From positions 58,466,001-58,530,000 of the forward strand of contig OX597822.1 in assembly GCA_951406725.2 (NCBI GenBank): a stretch of 64,000 bases of DNA. The letters run 5' to 3'. The notes below the pieces were generated by a model, which saw only the letters and a list, made by a program, of their open reading frames with translations, made no database searches and had not been told where the DNA came from. The position numbers were made by a program, and so were the translations under genes. Shown piece by piece: positions 1-13,699 of the stretch (position 1 is its first letter; every line of letters starts with the position of its first letter). The DNA comes from Octopus vulgaris (lineage: Eukaryota).

Positions 1-310
1 CATTAGATTTTCCGGCTTGATTCCTATGAGTGACCAACAAATTCTATGGATATTATTCAATCATCTCGTCCTTGGTTTACCCCTAGATATCCTACCAGTT
101 TGCTTAGTTCTGGTGGATTTGCTTTGCAATCATTTCCCTGCGACATTCTAATCTCATATCAAGAGTATTGGAGCCATGACCTCTCAAAACGGAGAAGTAG
201 TGCTTCGATCTGGAGAGACTCTATGATCTCTGAGGCCAAACACCCTGTCGAGTAACGTTACTCAGGAGATCCTTTGCAGGAACCCCACTTCGGCTACTAG
301 CATCCAAGAT
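1..310 (-). mobile_element. Degenerate RTE-like LINE ORF2 C-terminal fragment
   Basis: Minus-strand frames give broken motifs (IEALLLRFERS..., KQI..., G.P+.RW-like) resembling the post-RT region of RTE elements; stops and frameshifts present. Confidence 0.4.
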
Positions 311-335
311 CGTACTCTTTCGGCCACTCACTAAC

Positions 336-605
336 ACCGGTTGTCAAGTGGTGGTGGTGGTGGTGGTGGGAGCATAGACAGACACAAAGACGCACGCACT
401 CACACACGCACACACACACACATTTTTATATATACACATATACGACGAGCTTCTTTCAGTTTCCGTCTACCAAATCCACTCACAAGGCTTCGGTCGGCCC
501 GAGGCTAGAGTAGAGGACAGTAGCCGAAGATACCACGCAGTAGGACTGAACCCGGAACTATTTGGTTGAGAAGCAAGTTTCTTGCCACACAGCCACGCAT
601 GCGCC
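336..605 (-). mobile_element. tRNA-derived SINE family A (CORE-like), partial
   Basis: Reverse complement of ggcgc..gtggctgtgtgg..gttccgggttcagtcc head and tttggtagacggaaactgaaagaagc body shared with many copies in the window. Confidence 0.85.
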
Positions 606-804
606 TATATACATGTTTTAATTTATGTATGCGTGTGCTATATGATAAATATGAAACCTATTAATGTCTTTCAGTGTCTGAATGGAAGCATAAATGCCCG
701 GAACGATCATTATTTCTCTATTTATCTCTTATTATAAATCTAATATAAAACCACCAGTTCTCTCTAGCTTTTATAAGCACACGTCTATGTGATCGTGTGT
801 GTGT

Positions 805-846
<42 letters not shown>

Positions 847-1158
847 GAGGGGCATGGATGTGTGTGTGTGTGCGCGCGTATCTACATACATACATGTATA
901 CGCACATACGCGTATACACACAACAGTATAGCAAAGCGAAATTTCTGCTGTTGTTGTTGTTGTAACTGGTGTTGCGGTTCTGTTACTGACGTTGGCGATG
1001 TCCTTATTGCTGTTACCCTTTAAATACACTAATTATTAATTAATAATTATTGCCAGAAGCAAGGCAGACATCGAGGAAGTGTGCGGAGTCGGAAGTGGGA
1101 AGTGGAAAGTCACACGCGTCGTCCATGACAGTTTCAAGTTATAACGGGCGAATCGGGG

Positions 1159-1443
1159 TATGTATGTATGTATGTATGTATGTATGTATGTATGTATGTA
1201 TGTATGTATGTATGTATGTATGTATGTATGTATGTATGTATGTATGTATGTATGTATGTATGTATGTATTGTGTGTATGTATGTATTGTGTGTATGTATG
1301 TATGTATGTATGTATTGTGTGTATGTATGTATGTATGTATGTATGTATGTATGCATGTATGTATGTATGTATGTATGTATGTATGTATGTATGTATTGTG
1401 TGTATGTATGTATGTATGTATGTATGTATTGTATGTATGTATG

Positions 1444-1477
<34 letters not shown>

Positions 1478-1860
1478 TGTATGTATGTATGTATGTATGT
1501 ATGTATGTATTGTGTGTATGTATGTATTGTGTGTATGTATGTATGTATGTATGTATGTATGTATGTATGTATGTATGTATGTATGTGTGTATGTATTGTG
1601 TGTATGTGTGTGTGTGTATAGACGGACGGACGTTTGTATGTATATATGAAACTGAAAGAAATGTGTGTACGTATGTATGGATGGATGGATGGTGGATGGA
1701 TTGATGGATGGATGAATGGATGGACGGATGAATGGATGGATGGATGGATGGTGGATGAATGTGTGTATGTATATATGGATGTGTGTATGTATATCTGATG
1801 GACGGGTGGTTGGATGGATGGATGTTTGTATTTATGTATGGATGGATTCATGGATAAATG
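1159..1860. repeat. (TATG)n microsatellite grading into (TGGA)n
   Basis: Directly visible tandem tetranucleotide array. Confidence 0.97.
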
Positions 1861-1984
1861 TATGTAGGTAGGTATGTTTTATACATGTGTGCACGTGAGT
1901 ATTTTCTCATTGTTTCGTTTCCCCACGAAACTTTGTTATATAGAGCTGAGTCAAATTGTTATTGCACGCACGCACACACACACA

Positions 1985-2016
<32 letters not shown>

Positions 2017-2476
2017 TATATATACACACATACATACGTATATAGATGTATGTATATATGTACGCATATGTATACATGTAAGTATGTATGTATATGGGCT
2101 TTTATGTGTGTATATGTAAGTCTGTATGTTGTATATGTTATAATTGCATATAGGCGTGTATATATGTTATGATTGCATGTGTGTAGGCTAGTTGGCTAAA
2201 ATAGAATGTTCTAATTAATAAATGCTAAGTGACCGGTGATTGGCTCTGAATCAAGATATTTAATTGGTGATTTATGAAGCTCCCCCTTCGGAATACCGTT
2301 AAGCTAGTGTAATTGAGTATATTGTTAATTGCTATAACCTAATTTTGATATCATTCACAAAAATACATTGCCTATTGTATTCAAGCGAGCTAGGGAAATT
2401 CTACGTGTTTAATTTACCTACTAGAAATAGCAGCCAAAACTTCCTTCACATCATTTCATAATGAGATACCAAATCA

Positions 2477-2908
2477 GGATCTTTACCTTTTGACCTACAC
2501 ATTTAAAAAATATTTTTTTGTAACTAAACACTTTCAAACTTCGGACACTGGTAGAATGTGTCATATAGAATATCTTTTACTCTTAGCATTTTTGAGAAAA
2601 ACTTATATTTACGAAGTTATTTCACGTCAAAGTTGTCGTATTTCGGTAATTTCAACCAATCCAAGACGTGTATTCAGCTGAATAAAATTTACTGCCTTTG
2701 TTTATGAACAACAACTATCGGTGGTGTATTTTTCATTTGCCCCTGTTATTTATGACATTGTTCGTACGTTTGTACAGGTTTTAAGGTTTTAGGGCTAGCG
2801 TTAGGGTTTTAGGGTTAGAGTTAGGGTTTGTCATAAATAACAGTGACAAACGAAATATACACCGCCGGAAGTTCTTGTTGAAAAACAACGGCAGTCATTT
2901 TATTCAAC
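2477..2908. mobile_element. GGATC-ended fold-back MITE, right end truncated
   Basis: Starts GGATCTTTACCTTTTGACC as in the 13888 copy; central TTAGGG-like repeats at about 2800-2827. Confidence 0.8.
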
Positions 2909-3478
2909 TTCGGTGGTGGTGGTGATGATGATGCAGAATCATCATGCATTCAATTTTTTGTGAGTCTAGCGAGTTAATGGTAGGACTTAAGTTAGGACAT
3001 GTTTTTTTAGGACATGTTCTTGGCGTGACTGAAATCCCTACACTGTTTAACAACCGGTATTGGTGTATTTACGTCTCAAGCAGTTCAGCAAATGGGTCCA
3101 ATTGAATAAGTACCAGACTTTTAAAAAAAAATAAGAGCTGGGGTTGATTCGTTCGACGAGAATTCTACAAACGGTACTGAGGTATGGTCGCGTAGTTTAA
3201 CGGCTGAAATAAGTAAAAGATCAAGTATAAAGAATATATGACTAAAAGACTAAAGAAAAATTAAATTGGTGACAGCGAATTCCAGTGATCTGGAATCATT
3301 TGGAGGCTCTCTCTGATTACATTCACAAGCCCTTCTGGTTACCTACATTAAAACACTAATTTTGAGTGGCCGTACATGGATAAAAGGGAAAATATTAAGC
3401 TTAATTCGCTTTTGTATTTGGGTTGCAAGATTCTTGATGTGAGCTCGAAACAGATTTTGTTGTATCACAGGAGGGTCC

Positions 3479-3497
3479 TCTATTATATAAAATTCGT

Positions 3498-3534
<37 letters not shown>

Positions 3535-4561
3535 ATCTTCTAGGATATCGGGCATCCTCCATACGATTGCGCTCAAATTTGATATGTAGATACCGACGGT
3601 ATCAGGGCGTGTATAAGAATTGAAAAAATTACAAAAATCGATTCCAGGTGAGAATGCGATCGATAAAGCCGTTTTTGTCCAGCTTTTCTTCCGTCAACCT
3701 GTACATAACTGCATCTTCCATTTTTTTTTGTTTTTGTTCTGCTTAAAGGCACGTTTCTTTCCTGCCAAGCTTACTGTTTAAACCATGTTTGTGTTCTCCT
3801 AGTCAACAGCCTTATCATTACTGGTACTTTAAACTCTTCGGTTGCATATTTGTGTGAATAAAATCGTTTTTCTTTGGAATAGAAAAAAAGGTCTATCTTT
3901 ATTTCTTTTGCTGGTGTCTCAAATTTAGGTTAAATCAGTGTTTCTCAAAGGGGATGCCTATGGACAAGTTGTTTTGAGAAAATGTGGTTTAAATGTTTGA
4001 CAACTCAGCACAGTCCATTGGGCGGGGGGTCGTTTTGCTCGTTATGCAATAAACACACACGCCCCCCCCCCCCACACACATTGATCCTGTTTTAATGTTT
4101 AATTTTAATGTTTCTGGCCAAATAGTTATGGACTACGGCGCACGATCAAGAGATCGTTGGTTGGATATTTGGACCGAACAGTACACTGTTTCCTTGAATG
4201 ATGCTCTTTTTTTAAGGCGGCTAGCTGGCAGAATCGTTAGCACGCCGGTCGAAATGGCGCTAGGCATTTCGTCCATCTTTATGCCCTGAGATTAAATTCC
4301 ACCGAGGTACTGTTTGCCATTCATCCTTTCAGGGTCGATAAAATCGGTACCAGTTGATCACTGAGTCACTTTACTCAACATAACCCCCCCCCCACAGAAC
4401 TTACTGGCGTTGAGCCAAAATTTGAGACCAATATTATTAGACAATTCGATAACATTTAACGAATTAACTACTCGATTCTTTGATCAATCATTCGGACAAT
4501 CAATCACTTTGGTTTATCAAAGTCGGTTGTTTTGAAAAAATTAGGATATACAGGCAACTAG
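3479..4561 (+). mobile_element. Non-autonomous Helitron-like element (5' end clear, 3' end tentative)
   Basis: TCtattatataaa + (CTGT)n start like other Helitrons here; possible CTAG|T end at 4558-4561; SINE nested inside. Confidence 0.4.
4214..4430 (+). mobile_element. tRNA-derived SINE family B (Meta-SINE-like core)
   Basis: aaggcggc.agctggcagaa.cgttagcacgccgg head and tttgcc.ttcatcctttc.gggtcgataaa core. Confidence 0.8.
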
Positions 4562-4923
4562 TTTATATGCGAATCTAGTTGTGTGTATATTTGAAATCTA
4601 AAGGCTTCCTACTGACGAAAACTAGCCTCAATAAATATTTTTTTTACTGGAATGAGTTAGAAACCATGGTCTAGGAACTAAATTAGATGGTAAACGTTTT
4701 TAATTTTCAATCCTTTCGAGAATTTATCCATAATTAGTGGTTTGGGTTTTCTACTGCTCTTTCTAGCACAAGGCTTTCCTATTTGGAAGCCTCTTAATGT
4801 GTTTTAATGTACACGATATTTTATGTGAATAATATATAGTCTATTGACTATTTTTTTTGTGCTAGGCCACTGGTAATAATAATTTCTAAAATTCTTATTA
4901 CCCTAATATTATATATATATATA

Positions 4924-5297
4924 TTCTTTTACTTGTTTCAGTCATTTGACTGCGGCCATGCTGGAGCACCACCTTTAGTCGAACAAATCGACCTCAGGAC
5001 TTATTCTTTGTATGCTTAGTACTTATTCTATCGGTCTCTTTGCTGAACCACTAAGTTACGGAGACGTAAACACACCAACATCGGTTGTCATGGGATGGGA
5101 GGGGGGAGAAACACACATACATACAAATATATACGAATATACAACGTGCTTCTTTCATTTTCCCGCTACCAAATCCATTCACAAGTTTTGGTCGGTCCAA
5201 GGCTTATAGTAGAAGACACTTGTCGAAGGTGCCTCGCAATGGGACTGAACCCGGAACCATGTGGTTGGGAAGCAAGATTCTTACCACACAACCATGC
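4924..5297 (-). mobile_element. SINE family A, near full length
   Basis: Matches family A consensus from the tail (ttgtttcagtcatttgactgcggcc) to the tRNA-like head. Confidence 0.88.
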
Positions 5298-5305
5298 TTG
5301 CATTT

Positions 5306-5395
5306 ATGTAAGCCCCTAGTAGGACTGAAAAGCCACATCCACGCTGCTCACGATTGTGAGAACGATCAAGAAATGGCATCATTCGAAATCGTGTT
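5306..5395 (+). mobile_element. RTE LINE 3'-end remnant
   Basis: Encodes CKPLVGLKSHIHAAH, similar to the last zinc finger (LAGLKSHIRSQH) of the element at 16530; followed by atggc.tc.ttcga tail-like motif. Confidence 0.5.
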
Positions 5396-6439
5396 CAAAC
5401 CATCACGTATGTGTGTAGAGACCTGGTGATGGGAGTGGGACGGTAAGAGATAAATATTAGAAGCAGCAGCAAGTGAACAGATATAAACAACAGTATCAAA
5501 TATACATGAATCAGATGTTAATCAACTTAAAAGGGTTCTGTGTACATTGTCATTCCCCTGTCACCACCATGTTACCGCTTAAAGCAGACGATAACAAGGA
5601 GCGATAACTCAGCAACACTTACCGTCTGCTTTCTTAAGATAACTATCTCGTATTAATACGTAATGTTTCACTTGTATGAGATGGCCACTCGGTTAATGCA
5701 CTTTTAACTATATGTTTCCTTACATCCAGTTTTTTGTTTCATTTCCTCACAGTTTAGTTAACGTCACGGCTCTTACTGAAAATATATAATCAATCTCAAA
5801 CATACATCACGACTAACCATTAAAGTGTGGCACGGCTTTTAAAAACGTCTCGCATTCATAATAGGTATTGTTTTATTTCATTCCCCATCGACAACCCATT
5901 TAAAAAAATCTAATCTATTTTATTTGTTTATCATTTTAGTTTTGAAGTCATTTCATTATATTTATTATGTTATTTACAAATTGATTGACCTCTCTCAAGT
6001 TACATTATGTACTTGAATATTTGTCCGGGCCATTGGCCACTTGTAGATATCGAATGAAATCTGATACTATTCGCTGTTGCTATGAGAAATATTGAATTGG
6101 TTGATGAGATGTCTCGTCGTTGGCTAAATGCTGACGAAAGACGGTGTAAGAATGAAAGAAATATGGACGTATTGGTATATCTCGAGAGGGTCATTATGCG
6201 AAGAATTAATACACTCACTAGTTCACTTTCTATTCTTCTTTAGCATTCGTCAACTGGTTAGCTGTTTAACCAACTAACTAAGCGATTCTTTGATTAATAA
6301 TTCGGCTAATCAATCAATCAGTTGGGACGGGTTAGAGAAGTCGCGACTGGCAAATAATTTAATCGTTATGGAAACAATTTAACCTTTGTCTGAGATAATT
6401 TCAATAGCAACTGGTTATTTTGCTTTGATTAGTTCTGAA

Positions 6440-6562
6440 TATATTCAAGTCAAGAAAAAATTCCGAAAGGTTTCATCGTGAGCTGTTTAAGGAGAGTTAT
6501 CAGCATCAGATGGCAAGATAAGATTCCTGACACAGAAATGTTCCGGAGAGTAGACGTCCCCT
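6440..6562 (+). mobile_element. RTE (BovB-like) ORF2 fragment
   Basis: Frame from 6481 reads SCLRRVISIRWQDKIPDTEMFRR; WQDKIPDTE is a characteristic RTE-BovB post-RT motif. Confidence 0.7.
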
Positions 6563-6887
6563 ACTTAGATCCAGGAAACCCGGATAACTAGAACATTTTA
6601 CACGAATCGTTGACCTCCAGTGTTCTTATTATTTATTAATTATCTACTATATTATTTTCCCCTACTTCTGTCGTCCACTTTACAGCTAGATCTGAAGAAG
6701 GACAATATCTGAAACGTCAAACTTACTGTTTTCATACCTCTAAGGGTTACACTAATTTTGATGGTGAAACAGTTTTGACTTTTTGTATTTTGCATATTCT
6801 GCTTTCCCTCTCTCTCTCCCCTTTCTCTCTCTCTTGTTCTTTCCTCTCTCAACAGGTATGTGTGCGCACGCACGGTACGATCCTATG

Positions 6888-7303
6888 AAGGCGGCGAGCT
6901 GGCAGAAACGTTAGCACGCCGGGCGAAATGCTTAGCGGTATTTCGTCTGCGTTACGTTGTGAGTTCAAATTCCGCCGAGGTCGACTTTGCCTTTCATCCT
7001 TTCGGGGTCGATAAATTAAATACCACTTACGCACTGGGGTCAATGTAATCGACTTAATACCCATGTCTGTCCTTGTTTGTCCCCTCTGTGTTTAGCACCT
7101 TGTGGATAATAAAGAAATAGGTATTTTGTCTGTCGTTACGTTCTGAGTTCAAATTCCGCCGAGGTCGACTTTGCCTTTCATCCTTTGGGGGTCGATAAAT
7201 AAAGTACCAGTTTTGCACTGGGGTCGATATAATCGACCTAATACCTATGTCTGTCCTTGTTTGTCCCCTCTGTGTGTAGCCCCTTGTGGGTAATAAAGAA
7301 ATA
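6888..7303 (+). mobile_element. SINE family B, dimeric (body repeated in tandem)
   Basis: Full head, then body repeated from about 7121 via junction aaagaaatag|gtatttt; same architecture at 50747. Confidence 0.9.
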
Positions 7304-7331
7304 GGTACGTACGGAACCACGAATGTATGTA

Positions 7332-7552
7332 CGGAGTGGTGATGCTGAAAAGTTCCTGGCGTTAAGGGTGTCACGAAAGGCCTGGTTGGAGGCTCGACTT
7401 TCCGAGTTCTTTTATAGGGCTTAGAAAATCTGAAGGACCACTGTAATAAGTGTGCGATTGTGAGAGGGGAATATATTAAATAAAATCATAAATAACTGAT
7501 CTTCCTATATTTTCTTTTACACAAAATCAGGAACTTTTCAGCATTCCTATAT
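7332..7552 (+). mobile_element. Mariner deletion derivative (MITE)
   Basis: Inverted termini atgctgaaaagttcctg / caggaacttttcagcat, TA flanks; internal GLENLKDHCNKC..GEY remnant resembles a mariner transposase C-terminus. Confidence 0.75.
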
Positions 7553-8586
7553 GTATGTATATATGTATATATGTATTTATGCATGTATGTATGTATGTAT
7601 GTATGTATGTATGTATGTATGTATGTACGTACGTATGTATGCATGCATGCATGTATGTATGTATGTATGTATGTATGTATGTATGTATGTATGTATGTAT
7701 GTATGTATGTATGTATGTATGTTTATATGTATGTATGTATGTATTACGTACGTAAGTAGGTATGTATGTACGTACATAAGTACATGTGTGTGTACGCTTG
7801 TACATATCTATATACGTATGTAAAGCCTTATTAGTATTTTTCGGAATGGTGATATTCTCGTATTTTACTAGTAAACTAATGAATATATCCATTTACACAT
7901 GACACTCACATCATCCCTTCTTCGTGTACATTAACATATTTGTGGATATATAATGTAAACATTCGTACGCATGTAGGCTCTCCACACATGCGAAAATTAT
8001 TGGGGGCAGCTGACTGCAATTAAAGGATTGGGTATAAAATATCAAAGATCTAGTATGTAGAACATTCTAGACGATTCTGCCATTTACATATGACGTAGGT
8101 GTCTTTTGTTGTTGTTGTTGTTGTAAACAGACAGCACTTAATAGGCATCAGAATACCCTGTACTAGTTCTGTGCATCCCTGTCTTTATGTCTGCCTGTCT
8201 GTCTGTCAACCTCTCTCCTATTTTCTATCTATCGGTATGCATTCTGCATATCAATAATTCGATCAATCGATCTACCATACAATTTTCTCTCCTCTCTCTC
8301 AATTCCTCCCTCCCCTCTCTCTGTGGTACATGTATGTTTGTATGTATACATGCACATATAAATATATATATTTACATATAGATATATACATATGTATACA
8401 TATAACCATCCTCTATTCTTCAACTACCTCACAAGAAATTAAATGAACTTTCAACACAACTAAAATGTAAGACTTTCGAATCATTCCACTTTTTCTTTTC
8501 CGATTTCTACCTCTATCTTTCGCTCTATTCTCCTCTTTGTCTATCTCTGCCTTCTTAGTTCTGATTACGTCTACCATTTGCAACGA

Positions 8587-8897
8587 GGTAAATAGGTGTT
8601 AAACACCTATTTACCCCAACATTGGTACACAGAAACAGCTGTAAACCCACTCCTACCCTCACCTTGCTTAATTAATTAAATAATAGCTTTTTAGCACAAC
8701 AGACACACTTCTATTTGTGGCTTTTCCTCCATTTTCTTATCCTCTATATATATACATTTAACTACAGTTTAGCTCTTAAATTACCTGATGCCATACATCT
8801 TATATCAAGGACCATACTTACTGAGGTAATTACCAGAAGTGCCTCCGGATACTTCCATCCCTTAGAGGGCTTAACACCTCTAACTTATACCTTACAT

Positions 8898-8900
<3 letters not shown>
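8587..8900 (+). mobile_element. Penelope-like 3' fragment with half hammerhead
   Basis: Starts with a short palindrome (ggtaaataggtgtt/aacacctatttacc), has GAAA-CAGCTG-TA at 8632-8643, ends in (TA)n. Confidence 0.45.
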
Positions 8901-8967
<67 letters not shown>

Positions 8968-9424
8968 TATATATAAGGGTAAAAGGATAGAATAGTGGGA
9001 GAAGAGGAGGTAAAAGAATAAGAGAAAGGAAGACAGAAAACGAAAGAGTAAAAGGATAGAATAGTGGGAGAAAAAGAGAATTTTGACCTTCCGCAAGTTT
9101 CCAAATTTTATTTAATGTGCTTTGCGGGAGCAAATGTTTATCGAAGGCGTATCTTGTCGCGAAATGCTCGAAATACGGATTAGAAAAACAGCCGACAACT
9201 GATAAAGGGTCGTTCTTCTTATTGTTTGTCTTGTTTTTCGTTTGTTTCCTTCGTTGACCGCAAAAAAAGTTCAATTCTATGTCCTTGTACTTCGTATTTT
9301 TGTTTTGTTTACGTTTTGTGAAATCCTGTGCCCTTATATGCATATGTATATACGTATACATGTAAGTATGTAAGTATACGTATGAATATATGCATGCATA
9401 TATATATATATATATATATATATA

Positions 9425-9942
9425 CCGCAAATCTTCGAGTATAATCCGAATTTTTTCCCCAAAATTTGAAGGTCAAATCCCTAGTGCGTACTATATACGA
9501 GGTTGAAAATGAAAAAATATTTTCTAAGCAATGTCCGAGTCTCTATTTGCTGTCCGGCAATGTTTATTCAGACGCATTTTGTGGTGTCGGGCACGAAAAT
9601 ACCTTAAGCTAAGCCTGAAAGCAATGAAGTCATAAAAGAATCATCCATAACTTGCAGTAAGCAACATTTATTAAAATAAAAGTATTCAGAACATAGAATA
9701 ACATATAACAAAAACAATTTGCAAGTAAATTCCCATTCCCATATGACAGCTAAGAACATCACCATTATTGTATTACGCATGCGTGGAAGTGTTTGTTCGA
9801 CTAGGTGCTGCTGGCTTAATTACACATGACTCAAGCTAGAGGAGTGCGTATTATACACAAGGTTTAGGTTTTCAGATATACAGCCACCTAAGAATCCCCT
9901 GCGTATTATACTCAAGGGCGGACTATACTCGAGGATTTACGG
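9425..9942. mobile_element. Tc1/mariner-superfamily (Tc2/pogo-like) MITE
   Basis: TIRs ccgcaaatcttcgagtataatccg / cggactatactcgaggatttacgg with TA at 9423-9424 and 9943-9944. Confidence 0.85.
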
Positions 9943-10040
9943 TATTATTTATATTTTTATATGATTGAACGCCACGCATCCTTTTCCAAATAAGTTATAT
10001 ATATATATATATACACTCACACATATACGCGTATATATAC

Positions 10041-10114
<74 letters not shown>

Positions 10115-10209
10115 AATATGTATGTGCGTACATATATATCCATATATATACACACACACATACATACACATATACATATATATATATATATATACTTACT
10201 TACTTACTT

Positions 10210-10265
<56 letters not shown>

Positions 10266-11026
10266 CTATGCCCACCACCCAAAGACACACACTTACATAT
10301 ATACATACATATATATTTATAAACATTCCTGCATACACATACACTCAATGACACATACAGACACACTAACACGCACATTATATATATATATATACACACA
10401 CTCCTTCTTTACGTCTTCTATCTAATATGATATAATCTCGTGTCAATTCAATTTACATTCTTCTCGTGGAAGATGTCTGTCCAACCCATATCCTTTAGAG
10501 CATTTCAATCTAACGTTTGTAATTTCCGGTTTAAATGGATACTACTTCATTTCACCCTTCTTTTCTCATTTCTTTTTCTCTTCTCATTTTCTCTATTTCA
10601 TCTGTCCATCTAACTACTTATGACTGTGTGTATTTATGTGTGTGTGTGTGTGTTCGTGCTTGTGATTTTGTGTAATATATATCTATAAACGCACACATAC
10701 ACACACACACACACACATTAAACTCTCCCATACGAGCTCGCTCCCATTCACATATACACTCACACACGCCATTCCAACATACACTCACGTGCTTGCGCAC
10801 CCTAGTTCAGGCGATAGAATAAGTACTAGGCCTTAAAAACAAGTCCTGGAGTCGATTTGTTCGATTAAAACCCTTCACGGCGGTGTCCCACCATGGCTGG
10901 AGTCAAATGACTGAAACAAGTAAAAGATAAAAATTACATACATGCATACATACATACATACATACATACATACATACATACATACATACATACATACATA
11001 CATACATACATACATACATACATACA

Positions 11027-11057
<31 letters not shown>

Positions 11058-11060
11058 TAT

Positions 11061-11151
11061 GGCTGCCCCCTCGTTATCGAGTATAGCCATTGCACGAAGC
11101 TGTTACTGGTGCTGTGATCGAATGTGACTTTTTGGCCCAGCTAAGGATCTA
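11061..11151 (-). mobile_element. Severely 5'-truncated RTE 3' tail in a (CATA)n tract
   Basis: Reverse complement closely matches about 17000-17091; (CATA)n on both sides. Confidence 0.85.
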
Positions 11152-11206
11152 CATACATACATACATACATACATACATACATACATACATAAATACATAC
11201 ATACAT

Positions 11207-11473
11207 GAGAGTGCATGGACTAATGGTCAAGCTGTTGCGCTGATGATCGCTAGATAGTGGGTTCGATTCCCGGACCGGGCGGTGCGTTGTGTTCTTGAGC
11301 CCCAAAACTTCATTTCAGGTTGCTCGAGTCCTCTTTCGATCAAGGGTGAGTGTTGGCCTGCTCATCTAGCCAGCGGGATGGCATCATTTGATTGCTAAAA
11401 CGATGCAAAAAGCGCACTGTGTTCAGCGACGTCTAACAGCATCTGATAGTCTTGTCGCTCATGTGATCACGTG
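11207..11473 (+). mobile_element. tRNA-derived SINE family C
   Basis: B-box gggttcgattccc, CORE/V-like gtgttcttgagc..aaacttcatttca, ends gatcacgtgata; related heads at about 60216 and 62318. Confidence 0.6.
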
Positions 11474-11655
11474 ATATATGTGTGTGTGTGTGTAAGTATG
11501 TATGTATGTATGTATGTATGTATGTGTGTTTGCGTGTGTGTGTGTGCGTGTGCTACATTCATATATGTATATACATATGTATATATATGTATATACATAT
11601 GTATGTATATATATATATATGTATATACATATGTATATATATGTATATACATATG

Positions 11656-11736
<81 letters not shown>

Positions 11737-13699
11737 GTGTATACACATATATACATATATATACATATGTATACACACCCACGTGCTTATATACATACAT
11801 GCATATATTGCATATATTGCATATATATATATATATATGAATGAGGAACATTTTGTGTACGTTCAACTCCTTCTTCCTTCCTCCCATCCTTTCATTTCAA
11901 TCTAGCTATCACCTGTTCTCCACTACCACCACAAATCCGAGTCTCATTGTTTTACTATTCTACCTCTCTTCTCCCCAGTAAAACCTTTGTATTTGTTGTT
12001 ATTCTCTTTCCCTTCTCCTTCACTATCTATCTCTCTTCATTTTAAAAATATTTTTCTCCCTCTTTTACGCTCTTACCCTCTTTTTATTTGTCCCTCATTC
12101 TCCTCCTCTCTCTTTCCCTATCTCACATACCAACCCCCACGCATTTTTATTTCTCTGCCACTTACTTACTATCATCACCTCTTTAATCTCTCTGCTTCGT
12201 TTCCCCCTTTCCATCTTCTTTTAGACTCAGTAGTAAAACGACAGCTTTAGAAGAATTGATTCATGTAGAGGTGCTGACAGGAGGGCTGATATTAATTTCC
12301 ATGAATTATCCTCCAGATTATGTTTCTTTTCATCTTTAATGAAATGTCTTATTTCGGAAAATAATATTTGATTAATATTTAATTAATAAATCACAGTTTA
12401 TATCATGCTGATTATTTCTGAAAAGAATGAAATAGTGCTATACTTGATTAGCACCAACTAGAAATTGTGAATTCTCTGCATCAATCTCGCCAAATATTTT
12501 GAAGAAATGCAACTCACTTGTAATAACTGCCTTCACTGGGGAAACTACATGTAGTTCATATCAATTTAAGCAGAGAGAAAGTTTCGCGAAGGAGCTTCCA
12601 ATTCTGGTAATGGCTAAATGTAACTTTTTGTTCTTTATTTTAAAATTTATTGATTTAAAATTCTGTTGTGTCTGGGGAGAGTCATTTTCTTTTTGTGCCT
12701 TATAATTTAACACACTCACCGGTAAAATTTCCACTTATTTCTTGTTTTTATTTTCTTAAAATTTTCGTTGCGTCTTGCAATAGTTTTGACTCTGTCCGTT
12801 ATTTACACTGCGTTCCTTATTGTTTGTTTGTGCGCATGTGTGTGGCTCAGTATGTGTATGTGCCTATGCATGCATGCATGTACGTATGTATGTATGTGTG
12901 CATGTATGTATGCATGTGTGTATGTATATATGTGTGTGTATGCATATGTATATATGTATGTATGTGCGTGCATCTATATGTATGTATTCTGCATATTCAT
13001 GTGTTTGCATGTCTGTGTTTGTGTATTTTCTATGTATGTGTGTGTGTGTGAGCTGTGTTTGTATATGTATGCACCTATGTCTCCTTGTGTGTGCATGTCT
13101 GTGTGTGTGTATTTTGCAACTATGTACCATGTTTGTACGTATAGATGTGCATCTCTATATGTGTGGACCCGTGTCTCCATATGTGTCCTTGTGTGGAGTA
13201 AGTATGTGTGTATATATGGTCAAGTGTTTCAGTCTCCATTTGCGTATGTGTGCTTGTCTGTTCTTATGACCTTTCTACCTATGCGTCTGTATGTTGATCT
13301 GTTTATTCGTCAACAATACGTTGCCAATTTGAAGCAGTTAAATTCCCAAGAACTGCTTAAATATATCACTCCTCAACCTAACTAGGTTGATAGCTAGGTA
13401 GATGTATGTGGATGTGGATGTGCACAAACGTCCTCTCGGACCTCTCACATATGATCAAACTGAACATCGAGGTGTGATCGCTCGAAGAGAGAGAAAAGGC
13501 TGCACCACTAGTCAGTTGGTACTCATTTTCAGTGTAACATGAAATCATATTACACCCGGTCTAGGAATCGAACTCATTTCCTTATGATTGAGAGGGCAAC
13601 AATCTTACCATTAAGCCACATGCCTTCACCACACACACACAGACATAAAGATGTATGTATGTATATACCTATATATTAATCTTTATTTTTATGGCTTGT

